Assembly: GCA_012862495.1 (NCBI GenBank)
Contig: BLSG01000454.1
Span: 1 to 64,000, forward strand
Direction: 5' to 3'
Length of the DNA: 64,000 nucleotides
Origin: Thraustochytrium aureum
Taxonomy: Eukaryota
Under the pieces are notes generated by a model. It was given only the letters and a program-made list of their open reading frames with translations, ran no database searches and had not been told where the DNA came from. Made by a program: the position numbers and the translations under genes. Positions 1 through 10,766 of this stretch are shown in pieces; position 1 is the first letter of the stretch, and each line of letters starts with the position of its first letter.

Positions 1-1452
1 TGTCTGGCACTCGCCGCTTTTGTTGCTGCCCTTCCACCTGCAGTTCTGGGCGCGGCACTCCTTGAGGCCAGACGAAGTCAGCGCCTCGCAGCGAGTGACG
101 TCGTTCTCATAGTCAGCATAGCCGATTGGTGCTTTCGTCGGCCTGCCAGTCGGCGCAGCGGTGGTGGTGGTCCAGCATGCGTTCTTGGTCCAGCGGCACT
201 TTGGGTCTGCGTTGCAGGGCCCTTTGGCGCCGAGGGTCTTGCAGTACTCTTGGTCGAGTTCGACGAGAGTCGTCGGCGAAATGCTGGGACTAGCAGTGCT
301 AGGGCTCGCGGTCGGCGAGGCGCTCGGGGAGCTGCTGGGAACAGGGGTGGGGCTCGCGGTCGGCGAGGCGCTCGGCGCGTTGCCCAAACTAAAAATCCGT
401 ACGTGGCCCGCAAAGCTCCCGCTCTCGCTATTTTGGTTTGCACCAATCGCAACTACTTCGCCGTCCGACGAGAGCGACACCGAACCTCCAGAGATGTCAT
501 TCATGGCCTCGCCGTCAATGTCGGAGCCAAGTTGCGTCCAGGCACCCGCGGTGAAGCGGAATACTCGGACGTGACCTGCATTAGTAATCGTCCCGTCGTT
601 GTAAATCGCACCTATCGCAACCGTTTCGCCGTCCGACGAGAGCGACACTGAAACTCCAGATTGATCATTCTCGGCCTCGCCGTCAATGGCGGAGCCAAGT
701 TGCGTCCAGGCACCCGCGGTGAAGCGGAATACTCGGACGTGACCTGCATCTCTAGCTTTCCCGTCGTTGAAGATTGCACCTATCGCAACTGTAGTGCCGT
801 CCGACGAGAGCGACACCGAATAGCCAGCATGATCAAAGTTGGCCATGCCGTTAATGTCGGAGCCACGTTGCGTCCAGGCACCGCTGGTGAAGTGGAACAC
901 TCGCACGTGGCCTGCATTGCTAACTGCCGCGTCGTTTTTAGGTGCACCTATCGCAACCGTATCGCCGAGCGACGACAGCGAAATCGCAAAGCCAGATTGA
1001 TCATTGGCCGCCACGCCGTCAATGTCAGACCCAAGCTGCGTCCAGGCATTCGAGCTGAAGTGAAATACTCGGACGCGGCCTGCATTGTTCGCTGTCCCGT
1101 CGTTGTTAGGTGCACCTATCGCAACAGTTTCGCCGTCCGACGAGAGCGACACCGAAGTCCCAGACGCATCTTCGGTAAACTCGCCGTCAATGTCGGAGCC
1201 GAGTTGCGTCCAGGCACCCCCGGCGAAGCGAAACACTCGCACGTGGCCTGCATCGCTAGCTGTCCCGTCGTTCTTAGGTGCACCTATCGCTATCGTTTGG
1301 CCATCCGACGAGAGCGACACAGAGGAACCAGAAGAGTCAAGCATAGCCTCGCCGTTAATGTCAGAGCCAAGTTGTGTCCACGAAAGCTCCCCTCCATAGC
1401 AAGGGGCCAAAGCCAAGAGCACAACAGTTGCGAAAAGTCCAACACCGTTCAT
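1..1452 (-). CDS. Secreted FG-GAP-like beta-propeller repeat protein with Ser/Pro/Thr stalk and Cys-rich modules (3' end runs off window)
   Basis: Hand translation of the minus strand from ATG at 1452 stays open to base 1. It reads signal peptide MNGVGLFATVVLLALAPCYG, six ~56-aa repeats (WTQLGSDIDGE...SGxSVSLSSDGETVAIGAxxNDG...AGHVRVF), a PSASPTASP stalk, then CKTLGAKGPCNADPKCRW and CEALT...CRAQNCRW. Absent from the ORF track, probably because it has no stop in the window. Confidence 0.9.
   Translation of the reverse strand, partial: MNGVGLFATVVLLALAPCYGGELSWTQLGSDINGEAMLDSSGSSVSLSSDGQTIAIGAPKNDGTASDAGHVRVFRFAGGAWTQLGSDIDGEFTEDASGTSVSLSSDGETVAIGAPNNDGTANNAGRVRVFHFSSNAWTQLGSDIDGVAANDQSGFAISLSSLGDTVAIGAPKNDAAVSNAGHVRVFHFTSGAWTQRGSDINGMANFDHAGYSVSLSSDGTTVAIGAIFNDGKARDAGHVRVFRFTAGAWTQLGSAIDGEAENDQSGVSVSLSSDGETVAIGAIYNDGTITNAGHVRVFRFTAGAWTQLGSDIDGEAMNDISGGSVSLSSDGEVVAIGANQNSESGSFAGHVRIFSLGNAPSASPTASPTPVPSSSPSASPTASPSTASPSISPTTLVELDQEYCKTLGAKGPCNADPKCRWTKNACWTTTTAAPTGRPTKAPIGYADYENDVTRCEALTSSGLKECRAQNCRWKGSNKSGECQT
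384..1380 (-). repeat. Six coding tandem repeats of ~168 bp (propeller blades)
   Basis: Near-identical blocks such as gccgtccgacgagagcgacac and gcgtccaggcacccgcggtgaagcggaatactcggacgtgacctgcat recur at ~168-bp spacing. Confidence 0.9.
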
Positions 1453-1632
1453 CGTGTCTCCGGGCGCTGGCTTGCTTGCGAGCGCCTCTGGTCCAACTGC
1501 ACAGTGCGTGTCTCGCCAATCCTCAAACTGGCACAGCTGCCCTGCTCGTGGTGCTCCCGGGAAGTAGCTCCTCCGTGAAGCGTGCTGGATGCGGCTGAAG
1601 TGGGAGAGTCCTATAGTTTTCGATGGCGCTCA

Positions 1633-1730
1633 AGATGATCGAGAGGAACTCTGTGGAGATGATCGAGAGGAAGGCTGTGGAGATGTTCGAGAGGAAGGCT
1701 GTGGATTTGTTCGAGAGGAAGGCTGTGGAG
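1633..1730. repeat. 24-bp minisatellite, 4 copies
   Basis: agatgatcgagaggaaggctgtgg-like units start at 1633, 1657, 1681 and 1705. Confidence 0.85.
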
Positions 1731-2670
1731 TGAGCTAACTTCGTCAGGGACCGAATCGCTTGCAACGACAGCAGAGACTGCTTGCACTCCTTGCGTTGCC
1801 AACTGTTCGCTTTCAAACTTCCCAGTCGATAGGGGACTGCTCGCCATTGCAGATCTCCCACGCGACGACTATGTTCTTGCTCATTTGGCAAACGCAGCAA
1901 CTTTCTTCAACAGAGCACGCCCAAGGTCGTGGAGCTATCCGGTCGTTTTACCTATCGACTGGAGACGAGTGAGGCGAAAAATTGCAAGCTCAACGGATAC
2001 AAACGCGGCAGCCGGGCGGCCTTATGCTGAGCCACCCGCTTCACTCCAATCGCATTCTCTCTCTCTGGAGGTAGCGTACAGGGTACCTTACTCTACTCTA
2101 GAGCGTACTCATTTCACGAACGTCTCAACACCGCAAGGCTGTCATCCAGTCACGTTTGGTCTGGTCCTCATGGGGCCGGCTTCGGGCGTCTCCAGCGAGC
2201 CGCCTCTGTGGCGCAGCGAGTCGTCCCTATTGGAGCTGCCAGGCCCAATCATAGGTTCGGCAGCGCCGTCTCGTTCTCTTCTTTGAAGTCGCGCCTGCCG
2301 TCTTTTACCGTGCCCAATAACACCCCTACGTCGCGTTGAAACTGCCAACCGCATCGAGCAGGCCAACGCACGAGCAATGCGTAGAGTGAACCGCCATGAT
2401 TAGAGGCGGCGAAATCGAAACGTCGGCTTGCCGTCGGCCACTCCCTGGCAGCACCTGCCAAAAACCAATCCGCAACCACGTCGCTCCCGCGGGTTTGTCC
2501 CTTGAGCTTTGCAACGGATTTCTCGATTGTGAGCCTCACGCATCGCGCAGTGCAACGGATTTGCTAGTTGGAATGGCTGACGACAGTTCGATTGCGCCTC
2601 TCCGAGTCATCATCGCGGTGGAACCTCTCCAGTACGACAGTGCCCGCGAAACGCTCTGACATTGTCGGTC

Positions 2671-3085
2671 TATGATCATTCTGGCTTTTCGGTGTCGCTC
2701 TCGTCGGAGGGCTATGCAGTTGCGATAGGTGCGGTTTACAACGACGGGAAAGCTACTATTGCAAATCGCGTCCGAGTATTCCGCTTCACCGCGGGTGCCT
2801 GGACGCAACGCGGCTCCGACATTGACGGCGAGTTTGCCGATGATGCGGCTGGATCTTCGGTGTGGCTCTCGTCGGACGGCGAAACGGTTGCGACAGGTGC
2901 GACCCAAAAAACAGCGAGAAAGCTAGCTTTGCGGGCCACGTACGGATTCTTAGTTTGGGCAACGCGCCGAGCGCCTCGCCGACCGCGCGCCCCAGCACTT
3001 CAAGTGACCAAGCGCTCTGCGAGACCCTCGGCGCGAAAGGGCAGGCCCGAAGTGCCGCTGGACCAAAAGCGCGTGCCGGACCACC
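2671..3085 (+). pseudogene. Inverted, truncated and frameshifted fragment of the FG-GAP-like gene family
   Basis: Encodes DHSGFSVSLSSEGYAVAIGAVYNDGK...VRVFRFTAGAWTQRGSDIDGE, then in another frame SFAGHVRILSLGNAPSASPTA and CETLGAKG. It has no signal peptide, a frameshift near 2905, a shortened stalk and a deletion in the Cys module. Confidence 0.8.
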
Positions 3086-3523
3086 AAGAGTACCTTGACA
3101 GTTCTCGTAGGGCTGGCCTGGGTCCTCTCCAGCAATGACAGACGAGGCTTTGATGGCGTGACGAACGAGGGTCGATGGCTCGCAAGATTTGTGAGACCCA
3201 GGCGCTGCTGCGTGCTCGCGTGCTCGATGAGGACGCGGACGAGGCGGCGGCTATGGCGCAAAGGGATCCGCAGTTACGTGCCCTGGCGAAAGGGGCAAGC
3301 ACGGCGTTGTTGGGGTTCTCTACGCGCGGCGGAAACAACTCGCTCGGCGCGCTTCACGCGCGACTTCGCATCCGAGCAGTTGTGCTTGCATGAACACTTT
3401 CAGCGGATCGCGCGGTTTCGATGACGCGCAAGGCAAGACGGCAAGGATTCGTCATGTGCTTTTGAGATCGTGAGGAATGCTCACACTACATGCGGCTCGC
3501 CAAGACAAACGGGTCTGGTTCTC

Positions 3524-6410
3524 TCAATTGCCGAAGCGCGGGTTGCCAACCACCTTGCCGCCGTTGCTGGCATACGGCATCTGCGCCTCCATCGCGTACG
3601 GGGTGCCAGCAAAGCTCTGCACAACCGGTTTGAGGCTCGGGCCTCTTCGCGTGGCCTCGCGGCGCCGCGTGATGGCGACAGCTGCTGCTCCAACGACGGC
3701 GACCGTGCCGCCAGCAATGCCGAGCGTGGTCGACATTGTCGACGTGCCGTCTTCGGCGGGTTGGGGAGCTGCGGCACCGCCTTCGCTGGCTGGCGTGCCA
3801 TTTCCGTCAGTGGACCCCAGGACCCGGACGTCCCCGTACCGGCGCCGGGCGCGGCGTCCTCTTCCTCGCCAGCTGGCGGGGCAGGCTCGGGCGGCGGCGT
3901 GGCGCGTTTGACGGTGTAGAGTTTGAAGGTCATGGCGTCGGCGCTTGTCTGGAGGTTGCACGTTCCGCAACACGAGTCCGCACGAAAGCACCTGCATTGG
4001 CCCGTCGCGGAGTTGAAGAAAACCTTGGTGACGTCGCAGCCCTTGTCGATCTCAGCGAGCGCCTTGCAGGTCTCGGCCTGCATGGGCGCCGGGCCTGTGG
4101 CACCCGTTCGCGAGCCGCGCGAGGCAACAACCTTGGTGCACCAGTTGGCCTCGCGCGGGACGTCGCCACTCGTGCACGTGTGCTCGCCGGGCGCGCAGAA
4201 CTTGCCATTGCCAGCTGTCTGGGCCACCCAGTCCAGCTGGCCGATCGGCGTCGACTTGCGCTCCGCGCCCCAAACGTAAACAGCGTGGTTGGCGGTCGCC
4301 TCGTNNNNNNNNNNNNNNNNNNNNNNNNNNNNNNNNNNNNNNNNNNNNNNNNNNNNNNNNNNNNNNNNNNNNNNNNNNNNNNNNNNNNNNNNNNNNNNNN
4401 NNNNNNNNNNNNNNNNNNNNNNNNNNNNNNNNNNNNNNNNNNNNNNNNNNNNNNNNNNNNNNNNNNNNNNNNNNNNNNNNNNNNNNNNNNNNNNNNNNNN
4501 NNNNNNNNNNNNNNNNNNNNNNNNNNNNNNNNNNNNNNNNNNNNNNNNNNNNNNNNNNNNNNNNNNNNNNNNNNNNNNNNNNNNNNNNNNNNNNNNNNNN
4601 NNNNNNNNNNNNNNNNNNNNNNNNNNNNNNNNNNNNNNNNNNNNNNNNNNNNNNNNNNNNNNNNNNNNNNNNNNNNNNNNNNNNNNNNNNNNNNNNNNNN
4701 NNNNNNNNNNNNNNNNNNNNNNNNNNNNNNNNNNNNNNNNNNNNNNNNNNNNNNNNNNNNNNNNNNNNNNNNNNNNNNNNNNNNNNNNNNNNNNNNNNNN
4801 NNNNNNNNNNNNNNNNNNNNNNNNNNNNNNNNNNNNNNNNNNNNNNNNNNNNNNNNNNNNNNNNAACCTCTTGTTGTTGCCCTCGTTGTGGTAGTCTTGC
4901 GCGTTCGTGCACTCGGCCATGTACGCCGCGAGATCGTTCCGGTTCACGTTGGCCAGTTTAGGCTCGTCCTCGGCCTTGACGATCACAAAGTAGCCCACGT
5001 CGCCGTGGGCTGTGACCCACTCGATCTCAAACTCTTGGCCGGGCCCAACTTGCACGTGTGGAAATCGGTCCTCCCGTTTCGGGCACGGCTTGGCCGTCGA
5101 GGCCTGGAACGCGCGCGACATCGAATCGACCCAATTGTGGGCATGTGCTCCCGGCATGCGCGCGGCGAGTTCCAACGCGGCAAACACAATGACCAGCACG
5201 CCCCACCCACGACGCGAGGGAGCCGCTGTCGCGGCAGTTCCCGGCCCGGCGGACGAGAGGCTAGCCACGCCGAGGGCGCCCAGGAGAAGGCCCCAAATCG
5301 AGGCGGTCGGGGCGCTCGCTGCAGAGCTCGGCGTGCCGCCAACTTCAGGAACCACGTCACTACCACTGCCGCCGTTGTCGCCGCTGTTGCCGTTCCCGTT
5401 CGAGGGGGGCGGCGGCAAAATTTTGATGTCCTCTTCGCGGGCGCATGGGCAGAACCGCTGGCCGACGAGCTCGTCTGTCGAAGCGGCCTCGCAGGTGACC
5501 TCCTCAAGGAGCGCGGCGCGCTCACCCGTGCAAACTTGAGGGTTATGATAGTAGCAAAGCAGGTCCGTGGACGAGGTGGGGCCCACGGCAGAGCACTGCG
5601 AGAGCAGGGGTGACCGACACGCAAACTCGGCGCCGATCGCGGCATTGAGCGTCGCGCTGCTCGTCATGGCCTTGAGGTACGTGGAAATGCAAATGTTCCC
5701 GCTCGTGGCTGCGCAAGCCGCAGCGCACGACTGGCCCAGTTCACTCCGCACCCAAGTCACGACGTCCGTTTCGGCAGGGCCCTCCTCGAGGACGAGCGGG
5801 CCAGCAAGATTGGGAAAGTAAAACTCGCCCTCGTTGGCGTCACCAAACTTGATGAGCGCCTCAATTTTCACAGGGCCGGTGCCTGCGGGGGGGCGCGGAA
5901 GAAATACGTCGTCACATAGCCCTTGTAGTCGGCGTGGGTGTGGAGGATCGTCCTTGCGCACGGCAGGGGGGCATGCTGAAAGTCGGCTGATTCTACGATC
6001 TCCCACTCGCCCACCAGCTCCGAGGCGCTGTTGCGGGCCTGGATCATAATGCCGCGAAACTGAGCGCCCTCTTCTGTGACGGCCACGCGAATTTTGAGCA
6101 GCTTGCTGGGCGTGTACGCCTCGGTTGCGTCCTCCATGCGCTCGGTGTCACTCGCGAACATGCGGTACCGATCAGTGCGGACGGCTTTGGTGACCCAGTC
6201 CATCTCTTGCCCGTTCGGGTTGGTGGCGCTTTTCTTGTCCAGACACATGTGGCGATCGCCGCCCTCGAACCTGTCGGGGTCGCACCCATACCTTGGCGAA
6301 GACACGTCGCAGATGGTGATTTCGGTGCCGGCCGAGGTCGCGTTCGTGCTTGTGGCGGCGAGGACCACTGCGGCAGTGGCGACAGCTACCGCCGTCTTGA
6401 GCTGTACCAT
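3524..6410 (-). CDS. Membrane-anchored surface protein: signal peptide, Reeler domain, Cys-rich region, internal hydrophobic pair, His-brace (LPMO-like) domain, Cys-rich region, C-terminal TM (two apparent frameshifts, one gap)
   Basis: Joins ORF 5868..6410 (signal peptide; Reeler-like FRGIMIQAR..VGEW..C..ILHTHADYK..FRAPP), ORF 3481..6006 (PPAGTGPV...AHAHNWVDSMSR...) and ORF 3524..3997 (TM LGIAGGTVAVVGAAAVAIT followed by RRR). Frameshifts lie in G/C runs near 5890 and 3820. Confidence 0.75.
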
Positions 6411-7678
6411 CTTTTCGGTGCTGGCTGTCTTCTTGTCAAGGTGGCGTCTTGTCCGGTTGCGTTTCCGGTTTGGACTCGATTTTGATCTTGATCGCGAAGA
6501 AGCGTTGCAGCGCCGAGGCGCTTTCTACGCCGCAAGGACTCGCAGGAGCCGCCTCGTTTCGTATAGCCATCTCTTCTCGAGATGGCTTGAGAGTCCTTAC
6601 CTAAGGGTTGTCCCGAGTGCCTCAACGCCGTGTGTTTGAGTGCCAGGGTCACAGCGACATCACAGCCACGTCCCTTGTCGCCCGGCAAGGGGGGTGAGGC
6701 GTTGGCTTCCTTGGTTTCCGCACAAGTCCATGGTATCGTTCATTGTGTCGCGAAACTCGCTGGTGCGTTGGCCACTGTTGGCACTGGCGAGCGTTGCTCT
6801 CACAAAGAGGATCCGGTCCTCTTTCGTCGCCCGTGTCAGTCGTACACCAGGAGCCCTTTTGGCAGCCAGTCCAATGTGGTCGTGTGCCATCCCACAGCTC
6901 GCGAGGCGGCGGAGAGACCGTGATTCCAAGTCGAAGGTACTCACTCTACTCGTCCTGAAAGGGGCATCTGCGTCCAGTTGCGCGAGTTCCCTTTTGCGCG
7001 AGCAGGCTTGCGTGCCACCCCCTCGTCGTTGGCCGCAGCGCGTGCACAGGCATGGTCATGCCTGGAAGTGTCCCGGCATCATGAGTGTGTACTGCACAGC
7101 TCGCTGCTCGGCCACGCCAAGGAAAGGTGCATCCTCCTTGGCCACGCTCTCAGTCGGCCGCGTCCGAGTCGGCAGTGGGGTTTATGGCGGGGGCACAAGC
7201 TTTTCAGCAGCAGCGGCGACCACCGCACTGCGCGGGAACTTCGATTTGCCGATCTGGCGGATCTAGCCGTGCGCCAAGGGTGCGCGATCTAGCGTTGGCT
7301 GCAGTGGCGCCTCGAGACGCCCCGGCACGGGCTGCCGCTGCCCTTGCTCTTGCTCTTGCGGCGCTTGGTCGCTTGCGTCGCGCAGTAAGGGAACCGGGTT
7401 GGGCACTCGGTCGCTCTCTGGCTCTGCCCTTTGTCGTTCGGCAAGCTCGGGTGGCGTCGCCTGACTGGTCTTGGTGAAGCCGAGGTGTTGTGCTGGCGCC
7501 GCTTGGATCGCCGCGCAGCCACCAGCGGCGTTGGGCGTAGCAGATTTTGAGCGAGCTCGTGTTGCTGCGCATGCCTGTGTCCTGCGCGCCTAATTCCTGG
7601 GATGATGCTCTTGTTATTGTTTTCCGTTCGATGATGACGACGGCTGCGCGAGTTGGCCGGCCACCACCGAGAAACGCA

Positions 7679-7928
7679 GAGCGGTGTGACCGCGCAAGCA
7701 GGCTCTGTCTGTCTGTATGCATGCAGGCTTGAGGCAGGCACAAGCGCGCTCGGCAGCCGCCAGAAACGCACTCGATCGACGCCTCCCCGCGCTCCATTGC
7801 GGCCAGAGCCGCCTCTGCGTCCCTGCATCTGACCATCATGCCAGTCTGCCAGCCTGCCTGCCAGAGCGGTGCGAGCGCGCAAGCAGGCTCTGTCTGAACT
7901 GTATGCATGCAGGCTTGAGGCAGGCACA
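7679..7928. repeat. Direct repeat of ~65 bp, 2 copies ~185 bp apart
   Basis: cgcgcaagcaggctctgtctg..ctgtatgcatgcaggcttgaggcaggcaca near 7690 and 7876. Confidence 0.8.
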
Positions 7929-7985
7929 CGACGCCCGCAAGGCAGAAAGGAGGCAGAGTGGGCACATACCGGTAGATGCTCAGAA

Positions 7986-8962
7986 AATTGGGTGAATACG
8001 CGCAACGCAACCGAGAAAGCCCAGCGAGCCCAGCCCAAGCGACACCCGCGAGCACCAGACAGACGCAGACGGACCCGCGACCGACCCAGGCGCTTGTCTN
8101 NNNNNNNNNNNNNNNNNNNNNNNNNNNNNNNNNNNNNNNNNNNNNNNNNNNNNNNNNNNNNNNNNNNNNNNNNNNNNNNNNNNNNNNNNNNNNNNNNNNN
8201 NNNNNNNNNNNNNNNNNNNNNNNNNNNNNNNNNNNNNNNNNNNNNNNNNNNNNNNNNNNNNNNNNNNNNNNNNNNNNNNNNNNNNNNNNNNNNNNNNNNN
8301 NNNNNNNNNNNNNNNNNNNNNNNNNNNNNNNNNNNNNNNNNNNNNNNNNNNNNNNNNNNNNNNNNNNNNNNNNNNNNNNNNNNNNNNNNNNNNNNNNNNN
8401 NNNNNNNNNNNNNNNNNNNNNNNNNNNNNNNNNNNNNNNNNNNNNNNNNNNNNNNNNNNNNNNNNNNNNNNNNNNNNNNNNNNNNNNNNNNNNNNNNNNN
8501 NNNNNNNNNNNNNNNNNNNNNNNNNNNNNNNNNNNNNNNNNNNNNNNNNNNNNNNNNNNNNNNNNNNNNNNNNNNNNNNNNNNNNNNNNNNNNNNNNNNN
8601 NNNNNNNNNNNNNNNNNNNNNNNNNNNNNNNNNNNNNNNNNNNNNNNNNNNNNNNNNNNNNNNNNNNNNNNNNNNNNNNNNNNNNNNNNNNNNNNNNNNN
8701 NNNNNNNNNNNNNNNNNNNNNNNNGCACCCGCGAGCACCAGCCAGACGCAGACGGACCCGCCAGGCGCTTGCGTCTCGCTTCCGTTTCGAGCGCATTCAC
8801 CAAAAGCAACTCGTTCAATCAAATTGGGTGAACTTGAAGACACGCAACGCAACCGAGAAAGCAGCCCAAGCGACACCTCACGAGCACCAGCCAGACGCAG
8901 ACGGACCCGCGACCGACCCAGGCGCTTGCGTCTCGCTTCCTTCACAAAAGCAACTCGTTCCA
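7986..8962. repeat. Degenerate tandem repeat (>100 bp unit) flanking an assembly gap
   Basis: cgagcaccag.cagacgcagacggacccg...ccaggcgcttg near 8047, 8732 and 8881; aaattgggtgaa..cgcaacgcaaccgagaaagc at 7986 and 8821; caaaagcaactcgttc twice. Confidence 0.75.
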
Positions 8963-9563
8963 TTCGACTCCATCCATCACCACAAAACCTGCCCCATCTA
9001 CTCGAAACCTAACCCAAACGTCGTCCCCTACCCACTTAATCCCCGCCGCCAGCCGCCCAGACCTCCAACCTACAATTCTCCCCGTCATTCCTAAAACCTG
9101 CCGTCACGGCACTCTTCTCAGTATCCCGGCATATTTTAAAATTCAGAAAGGCAGCGGTACGTATATTTCTGTGCATATTTATTTGCGCTGGGCATATTAA
9201 TTTAATTCCGAAAATATGCCCATAATTGCCTGCGGGGAACGAGCAGCAGCAGCAGCAGCAGGCAGTCGCGCATCGGGCGAGCGCGGCGCGGGAGGAGCGG
9301 CGGTTGCGGCGGCGCTGCTTTCGGCGTCCGATCGCGGCCGAGTTTGTCGCGGCCTATCTCCGGCGCTGGCCGCGCGCGCTTGCTTTTTTCGCGCTTGCGA
9401 TTGGTTGGATTTTCGCGCGCTGCTGCACGTTGCCGCTCCAGCCGGTTGCTGCTTCACGGGCGGGACGTGAGGCCGGGCCTGCTAAAGGCCGACTCGCATC
9501 GATCGAGGACGGGAGGAGGCGGCCGCTGGCGCGCTGCGCGGGCTGCGCCGGCCGCGCGTCGCG

Positions 9564-10766
9564 ATGGGGTCGTTTTTGGACAAGCCTGTGACGAGCAAGG
9601 AGACCGAGTATGAGGAAGGCCAGCTGGGCGGCGCCAAGCTGGCGTACGGCGTGTCGGCCATGCAGGGGTGGCGCGTGAGCATGGAGGACACGCATGTGCA
9701 CAAGATCGGGCTGGACGAGAACCGGAAGGACATGGCCTTGTTCGGAGTATTCGACGGCCACGGCGGGCGCAAGGTCGCCGAGTACGTGGCGGACAACCTG
9801 CTTGCGGAGCTCAAGGCGAACACCTGGTTCAACGAGGTGTCAGACTGCACGGGCGCGGAGCCCGCCAACAAGCTCGGCAAGGCACTGCGGAGCACCTTCC
9901 TCGACATCGACGCGAAAATGGCGTCCATGTACGAGTTCAAAGTGGGCACGGACCACAGCGGGTCCACCGCCGTCAGCGTGCTGGTCACGCCCACGCACTA
10001 CGTGATCGCCAACTGCGGCGACAGCCGCATCGTGGTCGTCGGCGACGACAACGTCCGCTTCGGCTCCGAAGACCACAAACCCAACAACCCAGAGGAGCAG
10101 CGCCGCATCGAGAGCGCCGGGGGCACCGTCACGATGCGCCGCGTCAACGGCGACCTCGCCGTCTCGCGCGCGCTCGGCGACTTTTGCTACAAGGCGAACG
10201 CGCAGCTGCCCAACGTGGAGCAACAAGTCTCTGCAGAGCCCGAGATCGAGATCGTCGATCGCAAGACCACAGACCAATTCATCATCCTCGCCTGCGACGG
10301 CATCTGGGACGTTCTTTCGAACGAGCAAGTGGCAGAGCTCGTCCTTTCCNNNNNNNNNNNNNNNNNNNNNNNNNNNNNNNNNNNNNNNNNNNNNNNNNNN
10401 NNNNNNNNNNNNNNNNNNNNNNNNNNNNNNNNNNNNNNNNNNNNNNNNNNNNNNNNNNNNNNNNNNNNNNNNNNNNNNNNNNNNNNNNNNNNNNNNNNNN
10501 NNNNNNNNNNNNNNNNNNNNNNNNNNNNNNNNNNNNNNNNNNNNNNNNNNNNNNNNNNNNNNNNNNNNNNNNNNNNNNNNNNNNNNNNNNNNNNNNNNNN
10601 NNNNNNNNNNNNNNNNNNNNNNNNNNNNNNNNNNNNNNNNNGTGCCGCTCAGGGGGCCCAGGACCCCGTCTCGTCGCCTGTCCCGCCCACTTCTCCTGGG
10701 GTGGCGGGGGCCGTTGGCGGGGCCAAGAACAGTCCCTCGCCGGGCGCCTCGTCGCAGTCAAGCTAG
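9564..10766 (+). CDS. Protein phosphatase 2C (PPM1A/PTC2-like), internal gap
   Basis: MGSFLDKP, SAMQGWRVSMED, VFDGHGG, ANCGDSR, DHKP, RVNGDLAVSRALGD, LACDGIWDV. Confidence 0.95.
   Translation: MGSFLDKPVTSKETEYEEGQLGGAKLAYGVSAMQGWRVSMEDTHVHKIGLDENRKDMALFGVFDGHGGRKVAEYVADNLLAELKANTWFNEVSDCTGAEPANKLGKALRSTFLDIDAKMASMYEFKVGTDHSGSTAVSVLVTPTHYVIANCGDSRIVVVGDDNVRFGSEDHKPNNPEEQRRIESAGGTVTMRRVNGDLAVSRALGDFCYKANAQLPNVEQQVSAEPEIEIVDRKTTDQFIILACDGIWDVLSNEQVAELVLSXXXXXXXXXXXXXXXXXXXXXXXXXXXXXXXXXXXXXXXXXXXXXXXXXXXXXXXXXXXXXXXXXXXXXXXXXXXXXXXXXXXXXXXXXXXXXXXXXXAAQGAQDPVSSPVPPTSPGVAGAVGGAKNSPSPGASSQSS

Noticed and set aside
161..1578. Plus-strand ORFs with repeats (661..1578, 250..651 etc.)
   Set aside because: Antisense shadows of the minus-strand propeller gene.
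7050..7200. GGCTFPWRGRAASCAVH on the minus strand as a TRAF-type zinc finger relic
   Set aside because: Too short and not in a supportable ORF.
7204..8963. Long ORFs spanning N gaps (also 11765-13436, 14538-15972, 61737-63570)
   Set aside because: Their length comes from X runs; the flanking translations have no protein-like signal beyond the genes already called.
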